Translations under genes and position numbers: made by a program
Notes under the pieces: generated by a model
What the model saw: the letters and a program-made list of their open reading frames with translations, nothing else
The model's database searches: none
What the model was told of the DNA's origin: nothing
Source of the DNA: Selaginella moellendorffii
Lineage: Eukaryota; Plantae; Lycopodiophyta
NCBI RefSeq assembly: GCF_000143415.4
Contig: NW_003314376.1
Span: 467,271-531,270, forward strand
Length of the DNA: 64,000 nucleotides
Direction of reading: 5' to 3'
In this document: piece after piece, positions 46,951-58,682 of the stretch
Layout of the letters: every line of letters starts with the position of its first letter
How positions within the stretch are numbered: the first letter of the stretch is position 1

Positions 46951-48799
46951 CTTACTAAATATAGAATGATGTTAGATTGCAAATCTACAGTCTAAGTACA
47001 CTTGAAATATTTATTAACTCCACTAACATAAGAGGGTTTGATAAAGAGTCTAGCAATATCAATTTTGCCATCATAGCAATAAAAGAATATAAAAAAAGAC
47101 TCACCAATAAGTAATATTGATACCCGCAGTCTCATTCACAACAGTCTTTGAGTGCAGGCCACTCTTGAGCTCATGAGCTAAGAAGTTGAGCTCACGAGTT
47201 GAGTTCAAATTTTAATTGTAATTTAATACAAATTATAAACTTAAATATTAAGGTTGTGGCAAACCTAATAATTTCACAACTCTCTACAAATTATATAGAT
47301 AAAAATGTTCTAAAGAAATATTCTTGTTCTAACAATTTAAATATTAATTATATGCCATAATAGGGATGTTTGTTAGAACATAAAATAAGATATTTGCAGA
47401 AAAAGTATTCTTGTCACTTCCTTAAATCTATACTCTATACTTTCTGGCTAGTAAATATCAAGTTTGTCAAAATTTAAAAATTATTAAATTTTAAAAAAAA
47501 ATTATATAAGACCATATAACCATTTGAAAGGAAAAAACCAACTGTTGATGTAATCTTGTTGTATATAAAATAGAGACTTAGTTTTTCTCTTGAATACATT
47601 TTTAAGGGGTTTGCTATAGTATAGTATTTAGAATTTATAAATCTTCACTTGCACTTTTATTCTAAGAGAGGGAAATATATATAAACATCAGTAGGTTCTA
47701 TTGGTAATTTTAACTTTTGCAATCTTTCTTCCCAGAGTGGTAATTCAAGGGCTAAAAGTTGCAATAGTCGTCCCATTGCACAACACAATCAAACCATACA
47801 AGAAAAAAAAAAAAGGATAGTGAAGATAGTGATTAAGAGTTGGAAATAAATATAATGACAAAGGGTGCATCAAATTGAGTAAAAAAGAATGCTCTTATAT
47901 TTATTTTAGGAAATTGCAATTTTGTGACTTTCAAGAAATGCCTTATATGTTTTTTGGCTTTCAGTGGAAACAATGGCAATGATCAATATGATGGTATATA
48001 TGCTCTCACAACACACCCAAAAGACTACCATGAAATATTTTTTGAGATGCTAAAGACAGAAATTGAGATACATAAGTACTATGGGCAATATTGTGAAAAG
48101 AACACTTGCAAGTATATAAAATGAAAAGTGAAATGAAAAAATGTTTTTTATTAATTATATAGAGTATAATAGAATAAAAATTAATAATCTTGGAAGATCT
48201 AGTTAACTCCAAAAGTCTTCTGCAACTTAGCGAAAGTAAGGCTTGCTTAATATATATAAATATCCACTTTAGGATCTTAGTGTAATATGTTGATGAAGAT
48301 GTAATACATATACTTGCAAAGAGCATATGCTTTTTCATGTTCCTCACACTTCATGAAATCTAAACATGTGCAAAAAAGAAAGTCTTAAATGATGATTGTA
48401 TACTCTTCACCTTTTATTTTGATTATGTACTCCTTTGCAAGCGTAATGATGTACTGTATGGAGAGAATCTCACACTTAAGCATTTGAGCCAAGTTTATTT
48501 TACCATGCTTTTATTTGGAGACAGTATTAATAAATTTAACTACCTTACCTTTTTTTTTCTTGACTTTCTATGTATCTTTGTGGGAATAGTCTTGGTTTTG
48601 TTACTTATGTCTTCAACTTTCCTCTCAAGATTGAAATTAGATTTCTCAAAGTTTTCAATATCATCTGAGATGAGTGTGGCCCTATTAACAACTAACCATT
48701 CTTTAGGTATCACATTAGGTTTAGTCACTATAATGTCCTCCTTCCATGTGGCCTGAAGTGGCCTAAAGACATTATAGTGACTAAAGGCCACTTCATAAT

Positions 48800-51700
48800 G
48801 GCAAAATACTTGAGATTTTTGTGATCTGTCCAGACCGTTGTTTGATGGCCCGCCCCCTCCAAGAAACGACGCCACTCTCCAACAGAATCCACGATGGCAA
48901 GGAGCTCCTTGTCGTGGATTTCGTATTTGATCTCCGTAGGTTGGAATTTCCGAGAATGGAAAGTGACTGGGTGAAATTTTTGATCCGCTCCGAGTTGAGA
49001 CAGCATAGCATCGATGGCAAAGTCGGAGGTGTCAGCCTCGATGAAGAAAGGTTGTGAGGGATCAGCGTGAATCAAAACAAGAGTAGAACTGAAGGCCGCC
49101 TTGAGTGTGTTGAAGGCTTGCTGGGCAATAGCAAACCAAGAGAAGGGAACATCTTTGCGAGTGAGATGTGCGAGAGGAAGGACAATGTCAAAGTAGTGAT
49201 CAATGAATTTGCGGTAGAAGTTGGCAAAGCCAAGGAAAACCTAAACGTCTGACATTGATTGTGGAGGCTCCCATTCAAGAATAGTCTTGACTTTGGTAGG
49301 ATCCATCGTGATACCCTCAGGAGTGACAATGTACCCAAGGAACTCCACAGACTCCTGATCAAAGGAACATTTCTCAAGCTTCGCATATAGGCTATGTTCC
49401 CGCAGCTTCGCTAGCACCTTGCACACATGCTCGTCATGCTCCTCCTAAGTTTTTGAGTAGATGAGGATGTCATCAAGGTAGACAATCACTATCTGATCAA
49501 GAAACTCCCGAAAGACATCATTTGCCATGTGTTGGAAAACTGCTAGAGCATTTGTCAAGCCAAATGGCATGACAGTGTACTCAAAATGGCCATAGTGGGT
49601 TCGGAACGCAGTCTTCCATTCATCACCAAGCTGGATCCAGATTAGATTGTATGCTCCACGGAGGTCGATTTTGGTGAAGAAGCGAGCATTGCCAAGGCGT
49701 TCCAATAGGTCCGAGATCAGGGGTAGTGGATAATGGTTCTGAACAGTTACCTTGTTCAAATCTCGGTAGTTGATGATTAGCCACAAACTCCCATCCTTCT
49801 TCTTGACAAAGAAGACAAGTGCTCCAGCCAGGGACTCCAAATGTTGAATATACCCCGAGGCAAGGTTCTCATCCATGTACTCTTTGAGGGCCTTAAGCTC
49901 GGACGGGGATAACCCGTAGATAGGCCCCCACAAAGGTGACGTTCCTTCTTGTAACTCAATGGGACAGTCATAAGGCCGATGAACAGGTAGTACACTAGCT
50001 TTTTTCTTGTCAAACACATCCCCAAAATCATGATACTTCTTAAGAAGACTAACAAGAGAAACATGCAAAGCAAAAAGGAAAATAGATTCTTCATGAAGGA
50101 GTTTTTTCATAGTGATTCTGGAGATAGAAGGAGGTGTACAACTAAATGGAATGATGATACGAGGATACTATCCAGTGTAAGATGGAAGAGAGGAAAAAGA
50201 AGAGGGTGAAAACTTCATAGAGTTAGGAACAAAACCCCGATTTGAGTTTAGGGAACTTTTCTTGATTCGGACTCGATGAACAGCAGAAGAAGCCGTGGGA
50301 GATGGTGATGTGGTTGAGACGAGCCATAATTTCTTCCAATAGATCTGAAGTTGATGTAGTTGGAACCAAGGAAAGCCAAGCATCACAAAGGAGGACTTGC
50401 TGTTGATGACGTTGAAGGCAATATCGATGATGGTGGACCCGATGTGTACTCGAACGGGTAACGTTTCCCTAATTCCAGAAGATAGAGACACAAAATGCCC
50501 GCTAATGCCTTCAACCCTCAGATCCCATATGGTAGGAGAAAGAGGAACGTGAAGTCGGGTAGCAAAGTCCGTGTCCATGAAGCAGGAAGTTGCACCCGAG
50601 TCCAGTAGTGCCAGAGCCTTGAGTCCTAATTGTCCAATGAAAGAAAGGAGACATAGGATGCGGAAGTTGCAGGAATTGGTGGTGGCTTTGATAAAAGGTG
50701 GTGAGGAGCTTGATAAAGAAGAAAAGTGATTTTTATTCGGGGAGTCCAAACAGACAACTCCTACTCTATTTGGACAGTGTCATTTCCCGATTGTAACAGA
50801 GGTGGACTTTGAGGCAGAGTGAACTCAAGTAGTCGGGGAAGCTTCTTGGGACACACAGTTGCTTTGTGATTAGGATCAGCACAGTAGAGGCAAAGATTAT
50901 GAGATATTCGACGTTGCTTCTCAGCAGGACTCAATTTCCCTCTAATGAGTCGGGGAGTACCAGAAATATCCATCAGGACCGGAGCAGTAGGTTCAGGAGT
51001 ATGCCCCGAAGACTCAAGCTAGGATTCTTGAGTCTGGGACGGGAAAATGGCAGCGCGGCGACTTTCCTGATGACATTCAAAGAGACGATTGTCACATCGA
51101 ACAACTTTGTTGATGGCGTCTGATAGATCCGTGGGATCCTCTATGGTGAGCAACAAATCCTTGACACTATTATTGAGGCTAAAATGAAATTGATCAATCA
51201 AGGCCCACTCATCCCACTGAGTGTCCAAAGCAAGGAGTTGGAACTTTGCAGCATAGATCAATGCAGGATGAGACCCTTAAGAGAGACGTCTCATCTTTGT
51301 GGTGGCAACTCAAACCCGATCTGTGTCGCCAAAACATACTTCAAGCTTCTCTTTGAACAATTGAAGATCCATCAGCTCCGGAACCACGACCCCTTTCATG
51401 CTCTTTTCCAAGAGAGGAGAAAACTATGACAAAGCTACACCTTTGAGCAACGTCCTAATTGCGCCGATTTGAGACTCAAGAGTGGGGTACCGCTGATGTT
51501 GAAGTGCGAAGATCAGCTCTATCTAGTTCAGGAATCCGCGAAGCTCCGAATGCTTGCTTAAAAATTTTGCCGGGAAACTCACTTTCAGTTCAAGAACCTT
51601 GCTGGATCCTTGAGCCGAAAGTGAAGCAAGCTCCTACTGCATGCGAAGAAGGGTCACCTTCAGCTCAGTATTCTCAGACTGGATTTTTGCAAGGACTTTG

Positions 51701-52244
51701 GCAAAGAAATCAGGATGGCTTGGAGACTCCATCAGCAAAGAAGAAAGAAAAAGGGGGAAAAAAGACAAAGGCAGTCAAACAATCAAAACGAGTTAAAGTA
51801 AAAAATGAAAAAAACACAATCTGAATCAAACTGTCAAAACCCTCAACAAGATCAAAACTGAAAAATGCAGAAGACAAAGAGAAAAGTTAGTGGAAACGAA
51901 GAAAAAGCCTTAGACTGGCGTTGATTCAGATTGTGGAAAAATGGTACAAGGCTAACCTATATATATTATAGGTTGATGAAGCTCCACCACTTTTGGATCG
52001 AGGACGGCCTAAATATAGCTAAGGTCGAGGAGGCACCACATCATCATCAGGAATGTGGCTCGAGACTTAGGAATCGTACGGGAAATCAGAGAGTGAGGAA
52101 TAGGGAAGTGTCTCGAGAGTCAGGAATAAGGAAGTGTCTCGAGAGTCAGGAATAGAGAAGTATCTCAAGAGTCAGGAATGTGGTCTGTAAGTCAGGAATC
52201 CGGCGAGAGTCAGGAATGTGGCAAAAATTGGGGGATTCCTGACA
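48800..52244 (-). mobile_element. 3'-truncated Ty3/gypsy LTR retrotransposon of Tf1/sushi/Tcn1 type (5' LTR, gag, PR, RT, RNase H; integrase missing)
   Basis: Zn knuckle CLYCADPNHKATVC, protease ALLDSGAT, RT KIDLRGAYNL..GDEWKTAFRT..MPFGLTNA..YLDDILIYS, RNase H EADTSD..YEIHDKELLAIV..TDHKNLKYF. A few stops and frameshifts. Confidence 0.93.
51832..52244 (-). repeat. 5' LTR (413 bp) of the gypsy element
   Basis: Termini TGTCA...TGACA, TATA-rich box at ~51958-51970, and U3 tandem gagagtcaggaat repeats at ~52060-52220. Confidence 0.8.
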
Positions 52245-52739
52245 GTGCATAATGATTTGCATCACATGTCATTTTATAAAGTTTTGATGGATTAGCAATG
52301 CATTAGAGCCTTACTCCATAACTATTTCAATTCTACAAAACTATCCTTTTATGGCTTCTTCCACTTAAATAACACATTTTTATGCTACAAACTTGCATTA
52401 GAAATGTCAATAATAACTAGCCATACTAAAAATATTATGTAACTCGATCACTAAAGTTAGTGTATGCTAACTTTCTATCACAACCACCTTCCTTAAATTT
52501 GTCTTAACACCCTTAAATGTTATACTACTCCACTATAAGCAACCAAAGAGAACAACTTGAAAAGCGATCCATGAAGTTCAAATATAGAGGGAAAGGGTCC
52601 ATAAATAAAAGTGCACCCTTTTTTACAATTAGTTAAGGGTCTTGGGGTAGTTGGGGTTAAGCGTGCTTGGGTTTGAATAGTATTGAGCTGGGTGACTTTC
52701 TGAGAAGTCCAAATTTAAGAGGTTACATCCACCTTTAAC

Positions 52740-54400
52740 TTTGCAAATTTATATTTGCATTTCTTCATATAAGGTTTGTGACAATATAACTTATGCTCCA
52801 TATAATTGCTTAAAATAAGAATATCATTCAAAAAAATCTCCACAAACTCGTGAAGATAATACCTAAACACCTCCATCATCAACAAAGTAAATATGGCTGG
52901 TGCATTCCTCAAATCAAATGGCATAATTATGAATTTAAAATGTTTAAAGCTCATATTGAATACCATCTTGGAAATATATATGTCATTTATTGCAATTTGA
53001 TGATATCCACTCTTTATATTAGTCTTGATAAACATTTGGGCTTCATCAAACTTGTCTAAAGTATCATCCATATGTGGTATTAGTATGTTATCCTTCACTA
53101 TTTTTTTATTCAAAGTATATATTGAGCCATCCTTCTTTACAAGCAAAACCAATGTGCCAAAAAAAGATATACTTAACTAAATAAATCTAAACTCAAGTAA
53201 TTGAAATGCTAAATAGAGGTTGTTGCACCTTTTATCATTAAGGCATACTCTTCAATAAACTTTGCTAAAACAAAGTTGTCAACACTCTTACTATCTAATA
53301 AACTTTCACTAGACCACCACAAAACACACTCTTCAGCATTAAAGTTAATGCAAAAGTGTGTTTAACCTCTATTTTATTCCATATAGACAAGTAAGGATTA
53401 AAAATCTCTTCATTCAACTAGAACAATCTTCTTTATCATCCTCATGTTGCAAAGTTTTGCAACTCTCCAACTTACCATCACTAGAAGATTAATAATTTTT
53501 CTTACTCTACTATTTGTTCTTCAGTTATGGATAATAAGCTTTGTAGTGTTCAATCTCACCACAATAGTGTATAATTCTTTACAAAGAACTTTAGTTTTTT
53601 TGACCCCTTCACATCCAAAGTAGCCATCACAAATTTCAACTTATGATATTTGTTCTTATCTTTGTATTCACAACAATCATCATAATGATTCTTGACTAAA
53701 GGACTCCTCAAATGCTTGTGAGACCTATGCTTATCATTGTCAAGTCTATTAAAGAGCGCCTGTAAAGTTTTTATAGGTTGGGAGTAATGCAAATCTAATC
53801 AAGCAAGTAAGGTTCTTAATAGTGTTATTTTCCCTTGCTGAAAATGTCAAAGTTCCCTGTGAGCATTCTTTATGTTATAGTGAGGGGTAAAACATAAATA
53901 ATAAGCAACCTTAAACTCATCTATAGTAGACACTACTGATTTCTTGTTTGCAATATGAAACTCCTCAAGTTAATTCCACCATCAAAGACTTGCATCACAC
54001 AAACCTTTAAAATAGCCATTAACATCTGGAGTTCCTCTACCAACCAAGAACTTCTTCATATTAGCTAACCAAGCTAAACATTTGTTCACACCATTATCAC
54101 TGGAAAAAGTTGAAATCTTGAGTTAATCCACCAAGAAAGTTTTACTTGGATCACCATCACTACTAGCTTCAAGTCCCTCAACACACTTGTTAGCCATTAT
54201 GCCATACATTGCCTTTTGCATGTTTTGTTGATTTTTATTGAAGGTTCCTAGTTTATGAATAACATCATAGATAGTCTAAACCTTTGTAACTCTATCAACA
54301 TCACCATTAACACTACTATCAACAATAAAATTCCAACATTCATCTTGGTTAACCATTGCAACCAACTCCTTTAATACTAATGTTATAATCTTGTGCTAAA
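52740..54400 (-). mobile_element. Older degenerate gypsy gag-RT remnant
   Basis: ORF 52715-53152: LLVKKDGS..KSGYHQI..FIIMPFDLRNAPAIF..FLNDILI (catalytic YxDD decayed). Confidence 0.8.
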
Positions 54401-54659
54401 TAACAAAGGCAAAGAGGTCAACTAGACTATGTTATACCTTTTTTTAAGGTTCCTCACCACTCAACCACCCCAAGTTACCTCAAAAGCTCCACCACACCAC
54501 CACTCAATTGTGAGCCCCTTAAGTTAAAGAAAAGATGATGGAAACTTCAACTTATAGTCAAGCATAAAAATCTCTAAACTTTAATAGCTGTTAGGCAACA
54601 ATATAAATTTAGGGTAAAGCATTTTTTTTCAATAACTATTATTTAGGAAGTCAACTATT

Positions 54660-55350
54660 TTATTGATATATGGCACATATTTTAATTATAAAATTATTCA
54701 AAAGTTGGCAACTCAACAGCTAGTTGATGGTTTAAATACTACTCCATCACCCCTTATATTTAAGCCATCTACTATTGAAAGTAAGCAACAATATCTTCCA
54801 TTTCTAAAGGTGGCAACATATCAAGGTGAAAGTCTTGGTCATTTTGGCCTTTGTGAGGCTGAGATAAAGTTGACATTAGAAGTCATATATTATCACCTTC
54901 ATAGACAACTGTTGTCAAATTTTTAACAGGGAAAACTGAGGCTTTGTATGAGTTTAAACTTTATTGTGCCAAAGCTTTCAAGTATTTTCACTCAGATGGT
55001 TGTGAAGAGTATATGTTACAAGCTTTTCTGAATTATTAGATCAAACACTAATTCACTATAGTTTATACTCCACAGTACAATGAAGTAGGTGAGCATATGA
55101 ATTGAACTTATTGAGACTAGATGTACTATGCCTTATGTTGCTAGATTGCCTAAAAGTTTCTAAACTCTACAACACTATGTTCTTACTACTGCCGTAAAAG
55201 GATCAACCCTCTCTGTCAATTTCGTTGTATTGCCTATGCTAGTAAACTTTGGCTCAAGTTTGATTCAAAAATACAAAAGTCTATTTTAATGAGATATAGT
55301 TTTGATATTAAAAATTATTTCTTAAGCTAAATATTATTTTCAATGAGTAA
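54660..55350 (+). mobile_element. Degenerate Ty1/copia integrase remnant
   Basis: cactcagatggttgtgaagagtat (HSDGCEEY, cf. RSDxGGEY) and tatactccacagtacaatgaagta (YTPQYNEV, cf. YTPQQNGV). Confidence 0.6.
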
Positions 55351-55366
55351 CATGTTTCTAAGAGTT

Positions 55367-55501
55367 GATATTTCTGGTCAACTATAGTCAACAGAGTCTG
55401 CATCTGAGGATGCAATTGATGATGATTCATCACAATTGTGATGAATCAATGAATTTTGACTCTGTTGACTATAGTTGACCAGCAATATCACCATCAATTG
55501 C
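55367..55501. repeat. Fold-back inverted repeat with a central 26-bp perfect palindrome
   Basis: 55367-55398 vs 55458-55489 are 31/32 complementary; TGATTCATCACAATTGTGATGAATCA at 55423-55448. Confidence 0.9.
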
Positions 55502-55888
55502 CACACACACCACATCTTCAAGGAGCACAACTCCATGTTATGACATCAACTACCAACTCAGTAGTCCATGCCATATGAACATATTGCACCAAATCCCTAT
55601 CTCCCCAAGGAATGGTAGGAAGTTGTTATCAGAGGTGGTCATATTATCTACAGTTGCAAAGGACATGGAAAACATCCTCAACTTGGGAAAAGTTGCAAAC
55701 TTGGCAAAGGTGAAGATAAACTCAAAGCCCATCTCAACATAGGTGGTGCTTATCACATCTGTATGTGGCAACATTGACCTTAGACCAACTCGGCCATCTC
55801 AACTTCTTGTTTAATATTAATCTCGTGCCAACTTTCACGTAAATTTATTCATCGTGACAAAATTTGTAACAAAGATACAAAGATCTTG

Positions 55889-56537
55889 TCATGGAAAGCT
55901 TGTGTCAATCCTGTGATGGATGGGTTTGCGACCAGTCGGAGCGTTTCTCTCCGGCTCAACATTTATCATCTCGTTCTTGTCACCACGATTGATCGCGAGC
56001 GTGTGCGGAAATACCGATCCCTCACCAGCAGAGAGGGAATCCGGGAACAAAGATGGAGCTGGATGCCCGTTCCTGATCATCGCTTTCTGGCAGGCCAAAG
56101 ACGAGGAGAGCTCTTGAGGCGGTGGAGGAGTGGGACCAGCGAAGCCATTGTAATGGGGATCACAGTAATCATCAAACATGGGACCGATGCTTTGTGGAGC
56201 CGGAGACGCACCGATTTGCCCCGCGTCGTCCTTCGCAATGCTGCCCTGGTACTGCTTTGGGTCGGATACGGTGCCGCTTGGAACTTCTCTTGGCTCATGC
56301 TTCACAAGCTCAGCGCCGGTTTGAAACAACTTTCTGGGCACTCCTCGCTCCTGATGGAGGCAAAATCGTTTAACACAGAGCCATTCCCTGGTTAGAAGAC
56401 AGAAAAGAGAGATTTATCATTGAAAGCCTTGCCTTGGGACCAAGAAGAGAGCGATCGAGCGATGCAGTCGCAGTGGAAGCGGTCGCAATAGAAGCGCCCA
56501 GAAGCAGCATTGAGACGATACTGACAATCGTGAACAT
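55889..56537 (-). CDS. Secreted multi-motif CLE-like precursor (188 aa, 2 exons, GC-AG intron)
   Basis: Exon 56537-56433 encodes MFTIVSIVSMLLLGASIATA..GPK; donor AG|GCAAG; in-phase acceptor at 56351. Exon 56350-55889 carries PRKLF, REVPSGTVSDPKQY, DYCDPHYN and C-terminal RNAPTGRKPIHH. Confidence 0.75.
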
Positions 56538-57341
56538 CTTTCTCCGGCCATGATCATCAGAAAGAGAATGAGAAGGAAAAAAAATCTCTCTAGCAAGCGG
56601 TGTTTAGCATGGCTGCTTGGAGAAAAGCCACTTGTGTGTGCTTCACGTCGATTATCTTCGACCATGGATTGATCTCAGTCGCTCAGGATAGTTTGGGAGA
56701 GCTCAAGATCTGATGAACAACATGCTATTTCTCCCTCATGAGGCTCCAGCCAGAAGCTCCGTCGCCATATCCTTAGAGCAATGTTGTCCAAATTGCTATT
56801 ACTGTAGGGATTCACGACATTAAATACTCTCCGTTTGCTTCGGGGTTTGGATCTTGCCCTAAGAAATCAGCATAAAGTTGACAAAGAATTCTTGAGTTCA
56901 GACTTGAATGCGCGTTCTGAATGCTGCCTGGGTTGTCCAGTCCAATTGCGCGTTCTGACATGTGGATAATGCTCCAGCGATATCAACGTGCATGCTACCG
57001 CTTTACAAATGTACTTCCAATGGATCCTAAGTTATATCTCAACCAGAACACGATCCATATAAAGAAGGATACAATAGAATTATGAAATCAAAGTTCTCTC
57101 CCGAGTACAAATCAATCATGGAGCTACCCAAAGTCCACTCAAATCACAATGCAGCTAAGTATGTACCAAGAACATAGAAAAGTGCAAGTGTGTATGTGTG
57201 TCTAGTGTGCGTGAGGAGAGAGCAAAAATTGAATGATATACCTGAGAGGTGGTACCACCACCATCACCACCAAAGAGAATTTCCATTTCCATCCATCTCC
57301 TCCCTGTGATCCATCCCCAAAATCTCCAAAAGAATCGGACA

Positions 57342-58067
57342 CTACCAAAGAAGAGCAAAGCCCACAATCGAGCTCCCTAGCAGCAGTGTCGAGGCAAGAA
57401 TTCGAGGAGCGCTGGATTGGTCCGAGGCAGATCCAGGCGACCTGGTGGATGCGGGAGTGGCAGCCGCGAGACCGGGAGCCGGGGCAAGGATCGGTGCTGG
57501 AGCCACTGGAACTGGCGCTGGAGCTGGGACCGTGCCTGGCGGAGGAGCTGGGGTGGGAGCTTGCGGAAGAACTCCATTGGGAGTGAGTGGCTTGTCCACC
57601 TCCACAATGCTGAGGTTGTAGCCGATCTGCTTGACGCTCTTGACGATGGTGGTGTTGGATCCGGACATGACGATGTCGAGGCCGGCCTTGGTGTTGGTGA
57701 GATTGGCCGTGCCGTCCTGCCCGGGGGCCTTGCCGGTGGTCTGGTAGAGCGACGTGATCTGCTGATCCTCGTTCTTCACGGCGGGATTGATGTATGTGAG
57801 GAAGATGTGGACGCGGATGATGTCGATGAGCTGCTTCTCAGTGGCGGTCTGGCCCAGGCTGCCGCGGAGCTGATCGATCTTGGAGTTGGGAATAACAGCG
57901 ACGGTGATGGAGTTTCTGGTGTTGACGTCGCTGGCGAGGCCGGATTTCGTGAGCAAATCGTTGAACTCGGAGTAGTCGGGTTCTTTCTGGAGCTCCTCGG
58001 TGACGTTGAATGCCGCGGCGGTGGCCGCGACGGCGAGGAGAAGCGCCATAGCTAGCGGGATCTTCAT
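57342..58067 (-). CDS. FLA: Fasciclin-like arabinogalactan protein (one FAS1 domain, AP-rich region, GPI signal; 241 aa)
   Basis: Signal peptide, FNVTEEL..YSEFNDLL, H1-like ITVAVIPN, H2-like SIVEVDKPL, PAPAP glycomodule and hydrophobic C-terminus. Confidence 0.92.
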   Translation of the reverse strand: MKIPLAMALLLAVAATAAAFNVTEELQKEPDYSEFNDLLTKSGLASDVNTRNSITVAVIPNSKIDQLRGSLGQTATEKQLIDIIRVHIFLTYINPAVKNEDQQITSLYQTTGKAPGQDGTANLTNTKAGLDIVMSGSNTTIVKSVKQIGYNLSIVEVDKPLTPNGVLPQAPTPAPPPGTVPAPAPVPVAPAPILAPAPGLAAATPASTRSPGSASDQSSAPRILASTLLLGSSIVGFALLW

Positions 58068-58631
58068 CTTGCCGAAATCTGGGAAAAAGAAGAGCGCGGG
58101 GGTGAGAAATCCTCGAAATCTGGCCGGGGAATCACGAAATCTAAGCTACATTCTGGCTAGAACGCTGGAAGGGCTCCAGATCTAACCTGCATTGCTTGCA
58201 ATGCAGGAGATTTGGAGGGATTTCCCAACAGCGAGAGATTACCAGATACAAGGAGACCGGAATATCGATCGATGCGCGCCGCGGAGCCGAAGAGATCCAA
58301 GTGAAGCGATAGTGCAACCCCTGCTCCTGGCTATTAAAACCCCCAAGCTCAAGAACACACGCCCTAGAAATAATAAAGTAAAGCCGACGTGTCAATTACG
58401 CTGCCGACGTGGAGGCCGTTTGCCCTGGCACGTCAGCGAATATTCGCGAATGTGTGGTGGGACGTCCACTTTGTAACCACCTAACGCTGGTGAGAATTTT
58501 TTCTCACTGGGCCAGGCTGGCATATGTTAGCTGGTCGTGACACATCCGCACGCCATTTCGACTGGGGCCCTTATATGGCGCCCTCACATTCTTTGGAGTG
58601 TCCATTCCATCCACCGGCCGCCGGGGTGAAA

Positions 58632-58682
58632 GGTATCGAACCGCGGACCTCTTTGCCTGGCCGGGGGATCGAGCCCGTGACC
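58632..58682 (-). promoter_or_regulatory. Two tRNA B-box-like motifs in the FLA/CCCH divergent promoter
   Basis: Minus strand GGTCACGGGCTCGATCCCC and AGAGGTCCGCGGTTCGATACC; no A-box or cloverleaf. Confidence 0.45.

Noticed and set aside
47100-48480. DNA-transposon remnant in AT-rich sequence
   Set aside because: No TIRs, TSDs or transposase motif could be identified with confidence.
56417-56665. ORF MVEDNRRE... as the first exon of the third peptide gene
   Set aside because: Its frame does not join exon 2 at the AG|GCAAG donor; the overlapping frame starting at 56537 gives a clean signal peptide and an in-phase splice.
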